In this document: piece after piece, positions 8,539 through 18,705 of the stretch
How positions within the stretch are numbered: position 1 is the stretch's first letter
Layout: each line of letters begins with the position of its first letter
Assembly: GCA_016187515.1 (NCBI GenBank)
Contig: JACPJN010000009.1
Coordinates: 4,891-68,890 of the forward strand
Length of the DNA stretch: 64,000 bases
Reading direction: 5' to 3'
Origin: Candidatus Uhrbacteria bacterium
Lineage (GTDB): Bacteria; Patescibacteriota; Patescibacteriia; GWA2-47-26
Notes under the pieces: generated by a model
Database searches by the model: none
Told to the model about the DNA's origin: nothing
Seen by the model: only the letters and a program-made list of their open reading frames with translations
Position numbers and translations under genes: made by a program

Positions 8539-8702
8539 GGCATCTGGATGCCAGCCCGGTTTTCGCAGCGAGGACTGTTTGAGCCAGCGCGAAGCCGACG
8601 ATTAATTCAGGATTGCTGCGGTTGAGGAGGCGGAGCGCGGTGGCCGCCACCGGCGGCCAGGCGAGTTCCACAGCAAGAAAAACGGGGTGGCGTCCAGATG
8701 CC
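8539..8702. repeat. 164-bp element with terminal inverted repeats in the clpB leader
   Basis: GGCATCTGGATGCCAGCCCGGTTTT ... AAAAACGGGGTGGCGTCCAGATGCC. Confidence 0.65.
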
Positions 8703-8716
8703 CCCCTCCCCCTCCT

Positions 8717-11392
8717 ATGGCTTTCCAAAACTTTACTACCAAATCCCAAGAAGCGCTGCAGCGCGCCCAGCGGTTGGTTGGGGATTACAACCATCCCCAC
8801 ATGGAGCCGCTGCATTTAATGTTGAGTTTGATTGAGCAGGATGACGGCATTGTGATGTCGGTTTTTAAAAAAATCGGCGTGGATATTTCGGGTTTGGAGC
8901 GCGATGTCAAAGCGCTTTTGCAGCGCATTCCGCAGGCGTATAGTTCATCGAACGTCGCGCAAATGTATTTGACCCAAGAGATGATGAGGGTGCTGCACCA
9001 GGCCGAACAAGAAGCCGGCCGCCTGCATGACGAATATATTTCCACCGAGCATCTTTTACTGGCTCTGCTTACAGTGCGCAGCCGCGTGGCAGAACTGTTA
9101 CGGCATCACGGAACTTCCTACGATACTGTTCTGCAAGTGCTCGCGACCGTGCGCGGCGCCCAGCGCGTCGTTGACGCTGAACCCGAGACAAAATACCAGG
9201 CGCTGGAGCGTTACGGGCACAACCTTACCAAACTCGCGCGCCAGGAAAAATTGGATCCGATCATTGGGCGCGATGACGAAATCCGCCGCGTGATTCAGGT
9301 CCTGGCCCGCCGCACAAAAAATAATCCGGTGCTGATCGGCGAGGCCGGCGTTGGAAAAACCGCGATTGTGGAGGGACTGGCCCAGCGGATTATTGCCGGA
9401 GATGTGCCGGAAAGTTTAAAGGACAAAGAAATTATCGGCCTGGATCTGGGCGCGCTGGTCGCCGGCACTAAATTTCGCGGCGAATTTGAAGAGCGTTTGA
9501 AAGCGGTGCTTAAAGAAATGGAGCAGGCCGCCGGGCGCGTCATCCTGTTTATTGATGAACTGCATACGCTCGTGGGCGCCGGGGCGGCCGAAGGCGCGAT
9601 TGACGCGGCCAATATGCTAAAACCGGCCCTCGCCCGCGGAGATCTGCACGCCATCGGCGCCACGACTTTGAAAGAATATCAGCGCTATATTGAGCATGAT
9701 CCGGCCCTGGAGCGCCGTTTCCAAAACGTACTGGTTAGTGAACCCTCCATTGAAGATACGATTGCCATTTTGCGCGGAATTAAGGAAAAGTATGAAATCC
9801 ATCATGGCGTGCGCGTTACCGACGCGTCGCTCGTGGCCGCGGCCAATCTTTCTTCGCGCTATATTACGGATCGGCATCTGCCGGATAAGGCCGTAGATCT
9901 GATTGACGAGGCCGCCTCGGCCTTGCGTCTGGAGATTGACAGCCAGCCCGAGGAGCTTGATAAATTAAAGCGTGAAACCATCCGCCTGGAAATCGAACGC
10001 CGCGCTTTGCAAACCGAAAAAGACCGCGACTCCAAGGATCGGCTGAAAATTTTGGAGAAAACGCTGGCCGAAGTAAAAGAGAAATCCACGGAATTGGAGC
10101 TGCGCTGGAATACCGAAAAAGAGCGCATCGCGGCGATTCGAAAATTACGCAAGACCATTGAAAAAACCCGCGCCGAGAGCGATATTTCCGAGCGCGGCGG
10201 CGATCTTCAAAAAGTGGCGGAATTGCGCTATGGGAAAATCCCGGAATTGGAAAAACAGCTGCGGGATGAGGAAAAACGGCTTGGCGAACTCCAGCGCAAG
10301 CATCGCATTCTGAAAGAGGAGGTTACCGAAGGCGACATCGCCGGAGTCGTGGCACGCTGGACCGGCATTCCGGTGATGCGCTTGCTCGAATCCGAGGCGG
10401 AGAAACTTTTGCGGATGGAGGATGAGCTGGTCAAACGGGTAGTTGGGCAAAGCGAGGCCATCACGGCGGTCGCCAACGCCGTGCGCCGCAATCGCGTCGG
10501 AATTGGCGCCGCGGACCGGCCGATTGGTTCATTCATTTTTATGGGGCCAACCGGCGTGGGCAAAACCGAACTGGCCAAGGCGCTCGGCGAATTTATGTTT
10601 AACTCCGAGGCCGCGCTCGTCCGTTTGGATATGTCGGAATACGGCGAGCGGCACGCGGTTGCCCGCATGATCGGCGCTCCTCCGGGTTATGTTGGCTACG
10701 AGGAAGGCGGCCAGCTTACGGAATTGGTTCGCCGCCGTCCTTACTGCGTCATTCTGTTGGATGAAATTGAAAAGGCGCATCCGGAAGTTTTTAATTCCCT
10801 GCTGCAAATTCTTGATGACGGCCGGCTTACGGACGGCAAGGGCCGCGTGGTTAATTTTAAAAACGCGATTATTATCATGACCTCCAATATCGGATCGGCG
10901 GAAATTTTATCGCTGGCGAACCGCGGTACCTTGGGGTTTTCCGCCGAAACCGAGCAAAAAACGACCGCCGAGCGGTTTGACGAGAAACTGCGCAAAATGC
11001 TCCATGACCGCTTTAAGCCGGAATTTTTAAATCGGATTGACGACATCGTGGTCTTTCATACCCTAAAAAAAGAGCACATCGAACAAATCATTGACCTGCA
11101 GCTGGCCGCAATCGGCGCGCGCCTTCGCGAAAAACGCATTAAGGTGGAGCTTACGCCGGAAGCCCGCGAACTTTTTGCCGAGCTCGGCTACAACGCCGCT
11201 TTTGGCGCGCGTCCGCTAAAACGGCTGATCACGGATAAAATTCTTAACGTGCTGGCGCTCGAACTCATCCGGGGCCGTTTCAAAGAAGGCGAGCGCATCA
11301 AAGTGGGGGTACAGGGCAGTGAATTTATTCTGGAGCGGGCGGAAAACGCGCGCCGCTCGCCAGTGGCAGTCGCTTCAGTTTCGCGCAGTTAA
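8717..11392 (+). CDS. clpB: ATP-dependent chaperone ClpB
   Basis: Two AAA+ modules ([16 protein letters not shown]), middle coiled coil, Clp N domain; start MAFQNFT. Confidence 0.97.
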   Translation: MAFQNFTTKSQEALQRAQRLVGDYNHPHMEPLHLMLSLIEQDDGIVMSVFKKIGVDISGLERDVKALLQRIPQAYSSSNVAQMYLTQEMMRVLHQAEQEAGRLHDEYISTEHLLLALLTVRSRVAELLRHHGTSYDTVLQVLATVRGAQRVVDAEPETKYQALERYGHNLTKLARQEKLDPIIGRDDEIRRVIQVLARRTKNNPVLIGEAGVGKTAIVEGLAQRIIAGDVPESLKDKEIIGLDLGALVAGTKFRGEFEERLKAVLKEMEQAAGRVILFIDELHTLVGAGAAEGAIDAANMLKPALARGDLHAIGATTLKEYQRYIEHDPALERRFQNVLVSEPSIEDTIAILRGIKEKYEIHHGVRVTDASLVAAANLSSRYITDRHLPDKAVDLIDEAASALRLEIDSQPEELDKLKRETIRLEIERRALQTEKDRDSKDRLKILEKTLAEVKEKSTELELRWNTEKERIAAIRKLRKTIEKTRAESDISERGGDLQKVAELRYGKIPELEKQLRDEEKRLGELQRKHRILKEEVTEGDIAGVVARWTGIPVMRLLESEAEKLLRMEDELVKRVVGQSEAITAVANAVRRNRVGIGAADRPIGSFIFMGPTGVGKTELAKALGEFMFNSEAALVRLDMSEYGERHAVARMIGAPPGYVGYEEGGQLTELVRRRPYCVILLDEIEKAHPEVFNSLLQILDDGRLTDGKGRVVNFKNAIIIMTSNIGSAEILSLANRGTLGFSAETEQKTTAERFDEKLRKMLHDRFKPEFLNRIDDIVVFHTLKKEHIEQIIDLQLAAIGARLREKRIKVELTPEARELFAELGYNAAFGARPLKRLITDKILNVLALELIRGRFKEGERIKVGVQGSEFILERAENARRSPVAVASVSRS

Positions 11393-11423
11393 ATATAATT
11401 TACTGATCAGAGCATCTTGCAAT

Positions 11424-12215
11424 ATGATTGTCTTTAGCGCGATCGTGCCCCACTCCCCGCTGTTACTTCCCGTCATTGGAAAAGAGCGTCAGAAAAAACT
11501 CAAAAAAACCCTGGCCGCCTACGCGGCGGTTGAGCAGGAATTGTACGCCGCGAAGCCGGAGTGTTTGGTAATTTTTACGCCGCACGGGGGAACCTTGCCG
11601 GACGCGCTGCCGCTTTTTATTTCGCCGAAGTACACGGCCAATCTGAAAGAATTCGGCGATTTTAAAACCACCGTGGAAATTCCCGCCAATCCGCGCTTAA
11701 TCGAGGCCCTGCGGCGGCTTAAATACGGAAAACCCGCGGTCCCGCTGCAAGGAGTTACCGAGGAATTTATTGACTACGGGGTAAGCGTTCCGCTATATTT
11801 TCTTGTGCCGCACTTGCCAGGAGCCACCGCCGTAGCGATTGGTGACTCCCATCTGTCGGTTAAGGCGCATGCCGCCGCGGGCGCCTACATTGGCGATGAG
11901 CTGCATCGCTCTTCCCAGCGCGTCGCGGTAATTGCTTCGGCCGACCTTTCGCAGGCGCTCACCGACGACGCGCCGGGCGGATTTTCTCCAGAAGGCAAAC
12001 TCTTTGACGAAGCAGTGGTACAGGCCCTGCGCAAGGGTTCGCTTAATAAAATTCTTACGCTGGAATCAAAAATGGAAGCGGCCAAGGCCTGCGGACTGCG
12101 GGTCATCGCCCTGCTGGTTGGCATGCTAAGGGAATTTAATTGCACCCCCGAACTTTTGGCCTACGAAGGGCCGTTTGGAGTTGGTTATCTAACGGCCAAG
12201 TTTAATTTTCGATAG
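11424..12215 (+). CDS. LigB/Memo-like protein (AmmeMemoRadiSam protein B-like)
   Basis: VPHSPLL, DYGVSVPLYF, IASADLS, YEGPFGVGY. Confidence 0.8.
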   Translation: MIVFSAIVPHSPLLLPVIGKERQKKLKKTLAAYAAVEQELYAAKPECLVIFTPHGGTLPDALPLFISPKYTANLKEFGDFKTTVEIPANPRLIEALRRLKYGKPAVPLQGVTEEFIDYGVSVPLYFLVPHLPGATAVAIGDSHLSVKAHAAAGAYIGDELHRSSQRVAVIASADLSQALTDDAPGGFSPEGKLFDEAVVQALRKGSLNKILTLESKMEAAKACGLRVIALLVGMLREFNCTPELLAYEGPFGVGYLTAKFNFR

Positions 12216-12276
12216 AGAAACGTTTCCTCCCCTGCCCGAGGGGGAGTTAGAGGGGGTGGGAGGGAGGGGTGGGAGT

Positions 12277-12552
12277 ATGGAAGGCCTTAAAAATCTTATC
12301 AAAGGGCGCGTGAAAATCCGCAACAAGCATATCCATTCCGAGGCGCATTACTGGGCGGATGTGATTTCCAGCGCTCTGCATGAACGCAAACGTTTTGCCA
12401 TGTATCTTGGAATTATTAAAAAAATCGGCATTAAAAACGCGCAGAAAATTTTCGCCGAGGTAAAACAATCCGCCGCGAAAAATCCGGGTAAACTTTTTGT
12501 GTGGAAAGCCGGAAAAAATAATCCGCCGACTAAGTCCCCTCCCTTAAGATAA
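12277..12552 (+). CDS. Hypothetical protein
   Basis: ORF in operon orientation; basic helical protein. Confidence 0.65.
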   Translation: MEGLKNLIKGRVKIRNKHIHSEAHYWADVISSALHERKRFAMYLGIIKKIGIKNAQKIFAEVKQSAAKNPGKLFVWKAGKNNPPTKSPPLR

Positions 12553-12577
12553 GGGAGGGGAGGGTGGGTTATGAACT

Positions 12578-13042
12578 ATGCCTAAACTACTTCCTATCCT
12601 CCACGAGCCTCATCCGATTTTGCGCCGACGCTCCGATGCTTTGGTTCTTTCGAGTTGGGATAAAAAGGAACTGCAAGCCCTGGCCGCGGATATGGTGCTA
12701 ACCATGAAAAAGGCGCCCGGGGTGGGGCTGGCTGCGCCGCAGATTGGCAAATCAATTCGGCTGATTGTGGTGGAACGCACCCCGGAGCCGCTGGTGCTTA
12801 TCAATCCGAAAATCGTAGGGCATTCACTGCGTAAGCAAACTCTTGAAGAGGGTTGTCTTTCAGTCCCGGGAAAATACGGACTAATTAAACGCTGGCGTGA
12901 GGTAAAAGTCCGCGCGCAAACCTTGGATGGCCAGTCGTTTGAAATCAAGGCCCAGGGTTTTCTGGCCCAGATCTTCCAGCACGAGATCGATCACCTCCAC
13001 GGCACGCTCTATATTGATAAGGCGACAAAATTATTGCAGTAA
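12578..13042 (+). CDS. def: Peptide deformylase
   Basis: GVGLAAPQIG, EGCLS, QHEIDHL. Confidence 0.97.
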   Translation: MPKLLPILHEPHPILRRRSDALVLSSWDKKELQALAADMVLTMKKAPGVGLAAPQIGKSIRLIVVERTPEPLVLINPKIVGHSLRKQTLEEGCLSVPGKYGLIKRWREVKVRAQTLDGQSFEIKAQGFLAQIFQHEIDHLHGTLYIDKATKLLQ

Positions 13043-13080
13043 AGCAAGTAAATCAGGTAAATCAAGCAGATTGATAAGCT

Positions 13081-14025
13081 ATGCATCAGCGTCTTGTATT
13101 TTTCGGCACGCCGGAGTTTGCGGTGCCGACGCTCACTGCACTGGATGATGCGGGTTTTGAAATTGCGGCCGTGGTAACCCAGCCGGATAAACCGGTGGGG
13201 CGCGGTTTAAGGGTGGAAACGCCGCCGGTGAAGGTAAAGGCGGAGGAGTTGGGGCTGACCGTGTTGCAGCCGCTGTCACTAGGAAACGCCGCGACGTCTC
13301 TTAGTGACGAATTGCGTGCTGACTTCGGTGTTGTGGTTGCCTATGGCAAAATCATTCCGAAGGACGTGCTTAATGTGTTCCCTCGCGGCATACTCAATGT
13401 TCATCCCTCGCGTCTTCCCAAATACCGCGGACCATCCCCTATCCAAGCGGCTATTCTCAATGGCGATCGTGAAACCGGAGTAACCATTATGCTCTTGGAC
13501 GAGGGCATGGATCATGGGGCGATTTTGGCGCAAGCCAAAATCGCCATTACACCGAAAGCCACTGGAAATTCACTGAATGAAACACTGGCACAAACCGGAG
13601 CGAAGTTGCTGGTAGAGACATTGCCTAAATATCTGGCAGGTGAGATTAAACCGCAGGAGCAGGATCACGCCCAAGCCACTTACACGAAAATACTCACTCG
13701 TGAGGATGGCCATATTGATTGGAACAAACCCGCGCAGTACATTGAACGGCAAGTGCGCGCTTATGACGCCTGGCCCGGAACTTGGACATTATGGGAGCGG
13801 CGGCGCTTGAAAATTTTACGTGCCGTTTTACGGCACAATACTATCGGGTGTGCCGCAAATCGCGCGCCGGGATATGTGTGGAAGCCGGAAGATAGGCGGC
13901 TTGCGGTCAACTGCGGCGCTGGCTCACTTATTCTTGAGCAACTTCAAATTGAAGGCAAAAAACCTATGTCGGCCGATGAATTTCTCCGCGGCTATCCCAA
14001 ATTCCTCGGCGGCATTTTGAGGTAG
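13081..14025 (+). CDS. fmt: Methionyl-tRNA formyltransferase
   Basis: FFGTPEFA, NVHPSRLPKYRGPSPIQ. Confidence 0.97.
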   Translation: MHQRLVFFGTPEFAVPTLTALDDAGFEIAAVVTQPDKPVGRGLRVETPPVKVKAEELGLTVLQPLSLGNAATSLSDELRADFGVVVAYGKIIPKDVLNVFPRGILNVHPSRLPKYRGPSPIQAAILNGDRETGVTIMLLDEGMDHGAILAQAKIAITPKATGNSLNETLAQTGAKLLVETLPKYLAGEIKPQEQDHAQATYTKILTREDGHIDWNKPAQYIERQVRAYDAWPGTWTLWERRRLKILRAVLRHNTIGCAANRAPGYVWKPEDRRLAVNCGAGSLILEQLQIEGKKPMSADEFLRGYPKFLGGILR

Positions 14026-14096
14026 AAAATATTATTTCCAGATTGAAAAATAAAAAGCGGGCCGGAATGTCCAGCCCGTTGGGTAATACCCGCGTG

Positions 14097-15059
14097 TTAG
14101 CGTCTGCGCTCTGCTCTTTGTATGCGTCCGGGGTGATAGAAGTCGCGAAGTTCGCGCGCCATGCGGCCTTCATGCGCGACCCATGAACCCCCGATGCGCA
14201 GCGGATCGTCAGGCGCGCGAATTGCCTCGCCCGGATCACGGGGCTTGCGCTCCTGCTCTGCGTGTGCGCGGTAACTCACCCCCTGCCCCTCTTCCAGTTT
14301 TGCGATTTCGGAGTCAATCACAAACTCACGGATGTTGGCGTTGACAACTACAATACCCAGTCCTTGACTGACAAAATAATCCACCCGGGTGCCGGCCGGC
14401 AGATCCGCGAGACGCGCCCGTATGGTTCGCGGCACCGGTTTGGGACTGCGATTGCGAATCACAAACGCAAAGTGCTTCGCAACACTGCGCACTACCCCGC
14501 CACTGGCCTGATGCTGAATTATCCGCTCAAACGGATCAAACAATCCCCACTCGGTAAGCGCCTGGTATATATCCACTACGGTTGCGCGATTAAGCCAATC
14601 GTCCAGTGGCCTCAAGGGATCGCCCACGCCATGAATACCATAGCGGAACGAGGATGATCGACCGGCCGAATTGTTTCTCGCGCGCGGTATTCCTCGGGTT
14701 GACGGTTGCTTCCGCGGCGGCGGCGCCTGCGTGAAGTATTTTGCCAAGGCACACCCCCGCAGATCGCCGTCCACAAACACAAACCCAATACCCTCGGAAA
14801 CGTAGAAGTTCACTGCTGCGCTTACCGGCACGTTTCCCGCCATACGGAGCACCGCCGGGGTAACGCTGCGTTCCACGCGTCTTTGAAGCGCGTGGAAAAA
14901 GAAACGCTCTGGTCTGCGCGGTACGCCGTCGGTACCCCGCCGGGACAGTGCGTCAACAAATGCCTGAAATGCTCCGCATGCACGCGCCTCATCCAAAATA
15001 GAGGGATCTTGTTTTTGGACGCGCGCGTCAAACTGTTCAATCTTACGGGCGGTATCCAT
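14097..15059 (-). CDS. Orphan protein with an internal domain duplication
   Basis: VNFYVSEGIGFVFVD vs VDYFVSQGLGIVVVN; GGAGGAG RBS. Confidence 0.65.
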   Translation of the reverse strand: MDTARKIEQFDARVQKQDPSILDEARACGAFQAFVDALSRRGTDGVPRRPERFFFHALQRRVERSVTPAVLRMAGNVPVSAAVNFYVSEGIGFVFVDGDLRGCALAKYFTQAPPPRKQPSTRGIPRARNNSAGRSSSFRYGIHGVGDPLRPLDDWLNRATVVDIYQALTEWGLFDPFERIIQHQASGGVVRSVAKHFAFVIRNRSPKPVPRTIRARLADLPAGTRVDYFVSQGLGIVVVNANIREFVIDSEIAKLEEGQGVSYRAHAEQERKPRDPGEAIRAPDDPLRIGGSWVAHEGRMARELRDFYHPGRIQRAERRR

Positions 15060-15179
15060 TGTTCTCCTCCGTTGCGATTAGAGCGCAAACGCGCAAGGCA
15101 GCAATTCGCCGAGTGCTGCGTATCTCCATTTGGTCCTCCCCGCCTCTATATTGGCACATCGTATTACCTTTGTCAAATA

Positions 15180-15212
15180 CAAAACTCCCCCGCATAACTG
15201 CGGGGGAGTTTT
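15180..15212 (-). terminator. Intrinsic terminator
   Basis: AAAACTCCCCCGCA-TAAC-TGCGGGGGAGTTTT. Confidence 0.8.
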
Positions 15213-15233
15213 TGGAAAACGCGTGGTTCTATA

Positions 15234-15437
15234 TTAGAACCGATCGCGTTTGAAGTTGCGGCGCCGGGCCTTGTTGCAGTCAAAGCAGTAGACCGGGCGA
15301 TCAGCCGAGGGCTGAAACGGAAGCTCGGTTATGGGGTTCCCGCATTGCGCGCAGGTCAGCCCCATTTGCGAGACATCGTACATCTGCCGCTGCGGACGGG
15401 CGCCGAACTGTCCTTGTCCTTGTGGATCGTATGCCAT
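15234..15437 (-). CDS. CxxC-x17-CxxC zinc-ribbon protein
   Basis: CAQCG...LPFQPSADRPVYCFDC. Confidence 0.88.
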   Translation of the reverse strand: MAYDPQGQGQFGARPQRQMYDVSQMGLTCAQCGNPITELPFQPSADRPVYCFDCNKARRRNFKRDRF

Positions 15438-15687
15438 AAGATCGAGAATTGGGTTTCCTTAATATATTAGAACGACCTTTATCGGTGGCCTCGTTGACTT
15501 TGATTCGCTGTTTGCGGATAGACCGATAAAGCTCGAACTTTAGGTCTCGATAACCACGTTTTTCCAGTATATCATAGATTAATCAACCTGTCAAGGGTCT
15601 CTGGTGCGAAAGTGGCTATAGGGACTGTTGCGCAGTGCCATTTCTACTGCAAGGTAAGAATTTCGGCTGCGCCTTTGCAAAAATTAC

Positions 15688-18600
15688 TCAACAGATACTC
15701 CGTATATGCTTCATAATTTTTGCTTCGGCTCGCTCGAAATTCTTACCTTTCGCTACGAAAGAGGAGTCGCGCTGGATGGTATCCACAATGTTATCAATTG
15801 TCGCGGTGTACTCCGCGCGTAATTTTGCGCACTGCTCCGCGCTGGCCAAAAACGGTTCGGAAAATAAATCAGCGTCCAAATACCAGTAGGCCCCGCTCTC
15901 CACTTTTGCCTTAAGAAATTCCTGCGCGGCAATCTGATAGATAATCAATTGGTCGCGGTCAACCTTTTCCAGCTTTTTGGGAGTTGTCGCGCCGGTCTTA
16001 TAGTCAATGATGGCAACGCCCTCACCCTGCCCTCCCCGGGGCCTGCGCTCGCTCGGCCCGTCTTCGACCCCCGCGGGAGAGGGGTTGGGGTGAGGGGCAT
16101 CAATCCGATCAATTTTTCCCACAAATTTATACGGCCCCATGGCAATTTTGAACGGGGCCTCCAGATGCGCCGGGCTTCGCGGATTCTTTATAAAGTGGTC
16201 GTAAAAATTCTTAAGCTGGGCCGGGCCTTTAACTTCCCGATACTCTTGCTTTTGGGAGGCCGTGTCATACCAATCGTCAATCCAAACGCGATCATAGATT
16301 GATTTAAGTTCATCAAAAGTGGGCAGCTGACGTTCGCCACGGAGTGGCGAAATTACCCCGAACAAATCCCCTTGCTCCATGCGCACGCGCTGCTGCCAAA
16401 TCTTTAGAAATTCCTCCAGCGTCTTATGAATGGTATTCCCAAAACTCAAATAAGGACTTCCGGGGGCGGGCAGTTTAATCAGATACCTAAATTTATACTC
16501 CAGCGGACACTTTCGAAAAGTGGATACGGCGGTAAATGAAAAACTGGTGGGCACTTCGTAACGCGCCGGTCCTGGACGGAGCGTGTTTAAAGTAGCAATC
16601 GACGCGACTGATCTTACGGACTTCTTTTTCTTTTCCTCCGCTCCATCCACCAAGCCAAGCTCGTAAAGAAATCGTGATGGCCGGCGGGTGGTTTTGCCCA
16701 AATAATCATGCGCGCGCGTCAAATAGACCTGCTCTTTGGCGCGCGTGAGCGCCACATAAAGCAGCCGGCGTTCCTCGGCCAAGTGCGCGTCGCCCTCCGG
16801 GAGCGTTTCCTTAATTAACGCGGCGGGCAACTCAATCGGATCCTTGCGCTCAATGCTGGGGAATCTTCGGTCAATCAGCTGGGGCAGAAATACAAAGCGC
16901 CATTCCAGGCCCTTGGCCGCGTGAATCGTGGTTAATTTTACCGTTTCCGGACCGGTGTCGTAGTCGGCCGGAAGCGTGCCTTCCTCGCCGGATTCCAGCT
17001 CGAGCGTCAGTTGCGCTAAAAACGCGTGGAGCAGGTGGTCGCCGGACTCTGCTTCAAATTTACGGATTTGGTCATAAAGCGCGGCAAGATACTGCGCGTC
17101 CCGAGCCAGGGCCGGATGAGCCAGCCGCTCTTCTATCCCCAGATCATGAATAACTTTAACATACACTTCCGCGGCGCTGCGCTCATGCATTTTTACAGTA
17201 TGCTCGGCAGTCAAGCGAAAAAGCCGTTCAATGCACCCGCGCGCGGACTCGCTTAATTCCAGCATTGCCGCGCGTTTAAGCGCATCGTAGAGCGAGATGG
17301 TTTTTTGGTGCGCGAAAGCGGTTAAGCGGACCAGATCATCATGCGGCATTTGAAACGCCTCACTGATCAGTACTTTATACAACGCGGAGGAATCGTGATG
17401 GCTATCCAGCCAAGTCAGGTAATTCAATACCTCCTGCACAATCCGCTCCAAGTACAGACCTTTGTTGGCTACGTATTGAAAGGGAATCCCGTGCGCTTTT
17501 AAGGCCGTGAGCAATGGCGGAGCCGACGAGTTGGCCCGCACTAAGATAGCAAAATCACTCCACAGCGCTTCGGATGACTTTTGAAGCGCCAGCATTTTTT
17601 TGGCAATCCCCGCGGCTTCGTCGTGCACGCTTGCATATTCCTGATAAACTACCAGACCATCGCCCGGCTGCGTGGAAACGAGTTTTTTGGAAAGCGCCGC
17701 TGTGCCTTTTGCGGTCGCCAGCTTAACTTCCAGCCGGTCGGGATTATTAAGCTGAATGAACTTATAAGCGCAATCCAGAATACCCTGCTTACTGCGGTAA
17801 TTTTCATTTAAAAACACCTCGGCGCATTCCGGATAATCGCGCTTAAAACCCAGAATATTAGACATTGATGCGCCGCGAAAAGCATAGATACTTTGGTCAT
17901 CGTCTCCGCACACGGTGAGATTGCTGTGTGGAGCTGATAAAAGTCGTGCCAATTCGTACTGCGCCCAGTTCGTGTCTTGAAATTCATCAACAAGCACGTA
18001 TTTAAAGCGCCGACGCAGTTCCGCAAGCGCCCGCGGCCGGGTCCGCACCAGTTTAAGCGTGTAGGCAATCAGATCGCCAAAATCAAAGGCGCCGTGATCA
18101 AGCAGGAGTTGATTATAAACATGATACGCTCCGGCAACCTCGAGCAGGCGTCGGGTCTCCTCTTGCGGATTTATCTCGGAATCAGTATTGAGCGCGGCCT
18201 CCTGCGCGTATCTAAGGTATGCGGCGGGCGGAATTTCCTCATCTTTGGCCCGTGAAAAATGCTGGAGGAGCGCGTGGATAAAACGAGTGGGATTTCCCAG
18301 CGGTTTGTAATAATCCAGCTCAAATCGCGCGAGATTATTGTAAACCATCAGCCATTGCTGCGCTACGGTATAGACGCTAAAGCGATTCGGCAATCCGATC
18401 TCCAGGCCATAATCCTTAAGGATCCGCTCTCCAAAAGCGTGAAAAGTGGAAATCCAAGTATTGACATAGCCAATCGGAAGCAAACGATCCACGCGCTCCT
18501 CCATCTCGGAGGCCGCTTTTTCGGTAAACGTGAGCGCGAGAATCTCTTCGGGCCGCGCCAGCCCCTGTTCAATCAGCCAAGCAATGCGTCGCGTAATCAC

Positions 18601-18702
18601 CGTGGTTTTACCGGTCCCGGCGCCGGCGACAATTAAAAGCGGCCCGTCTCCATGAGTTGCCGCGGCCCGCTGCGCGGAATTAAGATCACTTAACAAATCC
18701 AT
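15688..18702 (-). CDS. UvrD/PcrA helicase fused to a PD-(D/E)xK nuclease domain
   Basis: AGAGTGKT, VDEFQDTN, TIHAAKGLE, EERRLLYVALTRA; GKIDRID..IIDYKTG. Confidence 0.93.
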   Translation of the reverse strand: MDLLSDLNSAQRAAATHGDGPLLIVAGAGTGKTTVITRRIAWLIEQGLARPEEILALTFTEKAASEMEERVDRLLPIGYVNTWISTFHAFGERILKDYGLEIGLPNRFSVYTVAQQWLMVYNNLARFELDYYKPLGNPTRFIHALLQHFSRAKDEEIPPAAYLRYAQEAALNTDSEINPQEETRRLLEVAGAYHVYNQLLLDHGAFDFGDLIAYTLKLVRTRPRALAELRRRFKYVLVDEFQDTNWAQYELARLLSAPHSNLTVCGDDDQSIYAFRGASMSNILGFKRDYPECAEVFLNENYRSKQGILDCAYKFIQLNNPDRLEVKLATAKGTAALSKKLVSTQPGDGLVVYQEYASVHDEAAGIAKKMLALQKSSEALWSDFAILVRANSSAPPLLTALKAHGIPFQYVANKGLYLERIVQEVLNYLTWLDSHHDSSALYKVLISEAFQMPHDDLVRLTAFAHQKTISLYDALKRAAMLELSESARGCIERLFRLTAEHTVKMHERSAAEVYVKVIHDLGIEERLAHPALARDAQYLAALYDQIRKFEAESGDHLLHAFLAQLTLELESGEEGTLPADYDTGPETVKLTTIHAAKGLEWRFVFLPQLIDRRFPSIERKDPIELPAALIKETLPEGDAHLAEERRLLYVALTRAKEQVYLTRAHDYLGKTTRRPSRFLYELGLVDGAEEKKKKSVRSVASIATLNTLRPGPARYEVPTSFSFTAVSTFRKCPLEYKFRYLIKLPAPGSPYLSFGNTIHKTLEEFLKIWQQRVRMEQGDLFGVISPLRGERQLPTFDELKSIYDRVWIDDWYDTASQKQEYREVKGPAQLKNFYDHFIKNPRSPAHLEAPFKIAMGPYKFVGKIDRIDAPHPNPSPAGVEDGPSERRPRGGQGEGVAIIDYKTGATTPKKLEKVDRDQLIIYQIAAQEFLKAKVESGAYWYLDADLFSEPFLASAEQCAKLRAEYTATIDNIVDTIQRDSSFVAKGKNFERAEAKIMKHIRSIC

Positions 18703-18705
18703 AGA

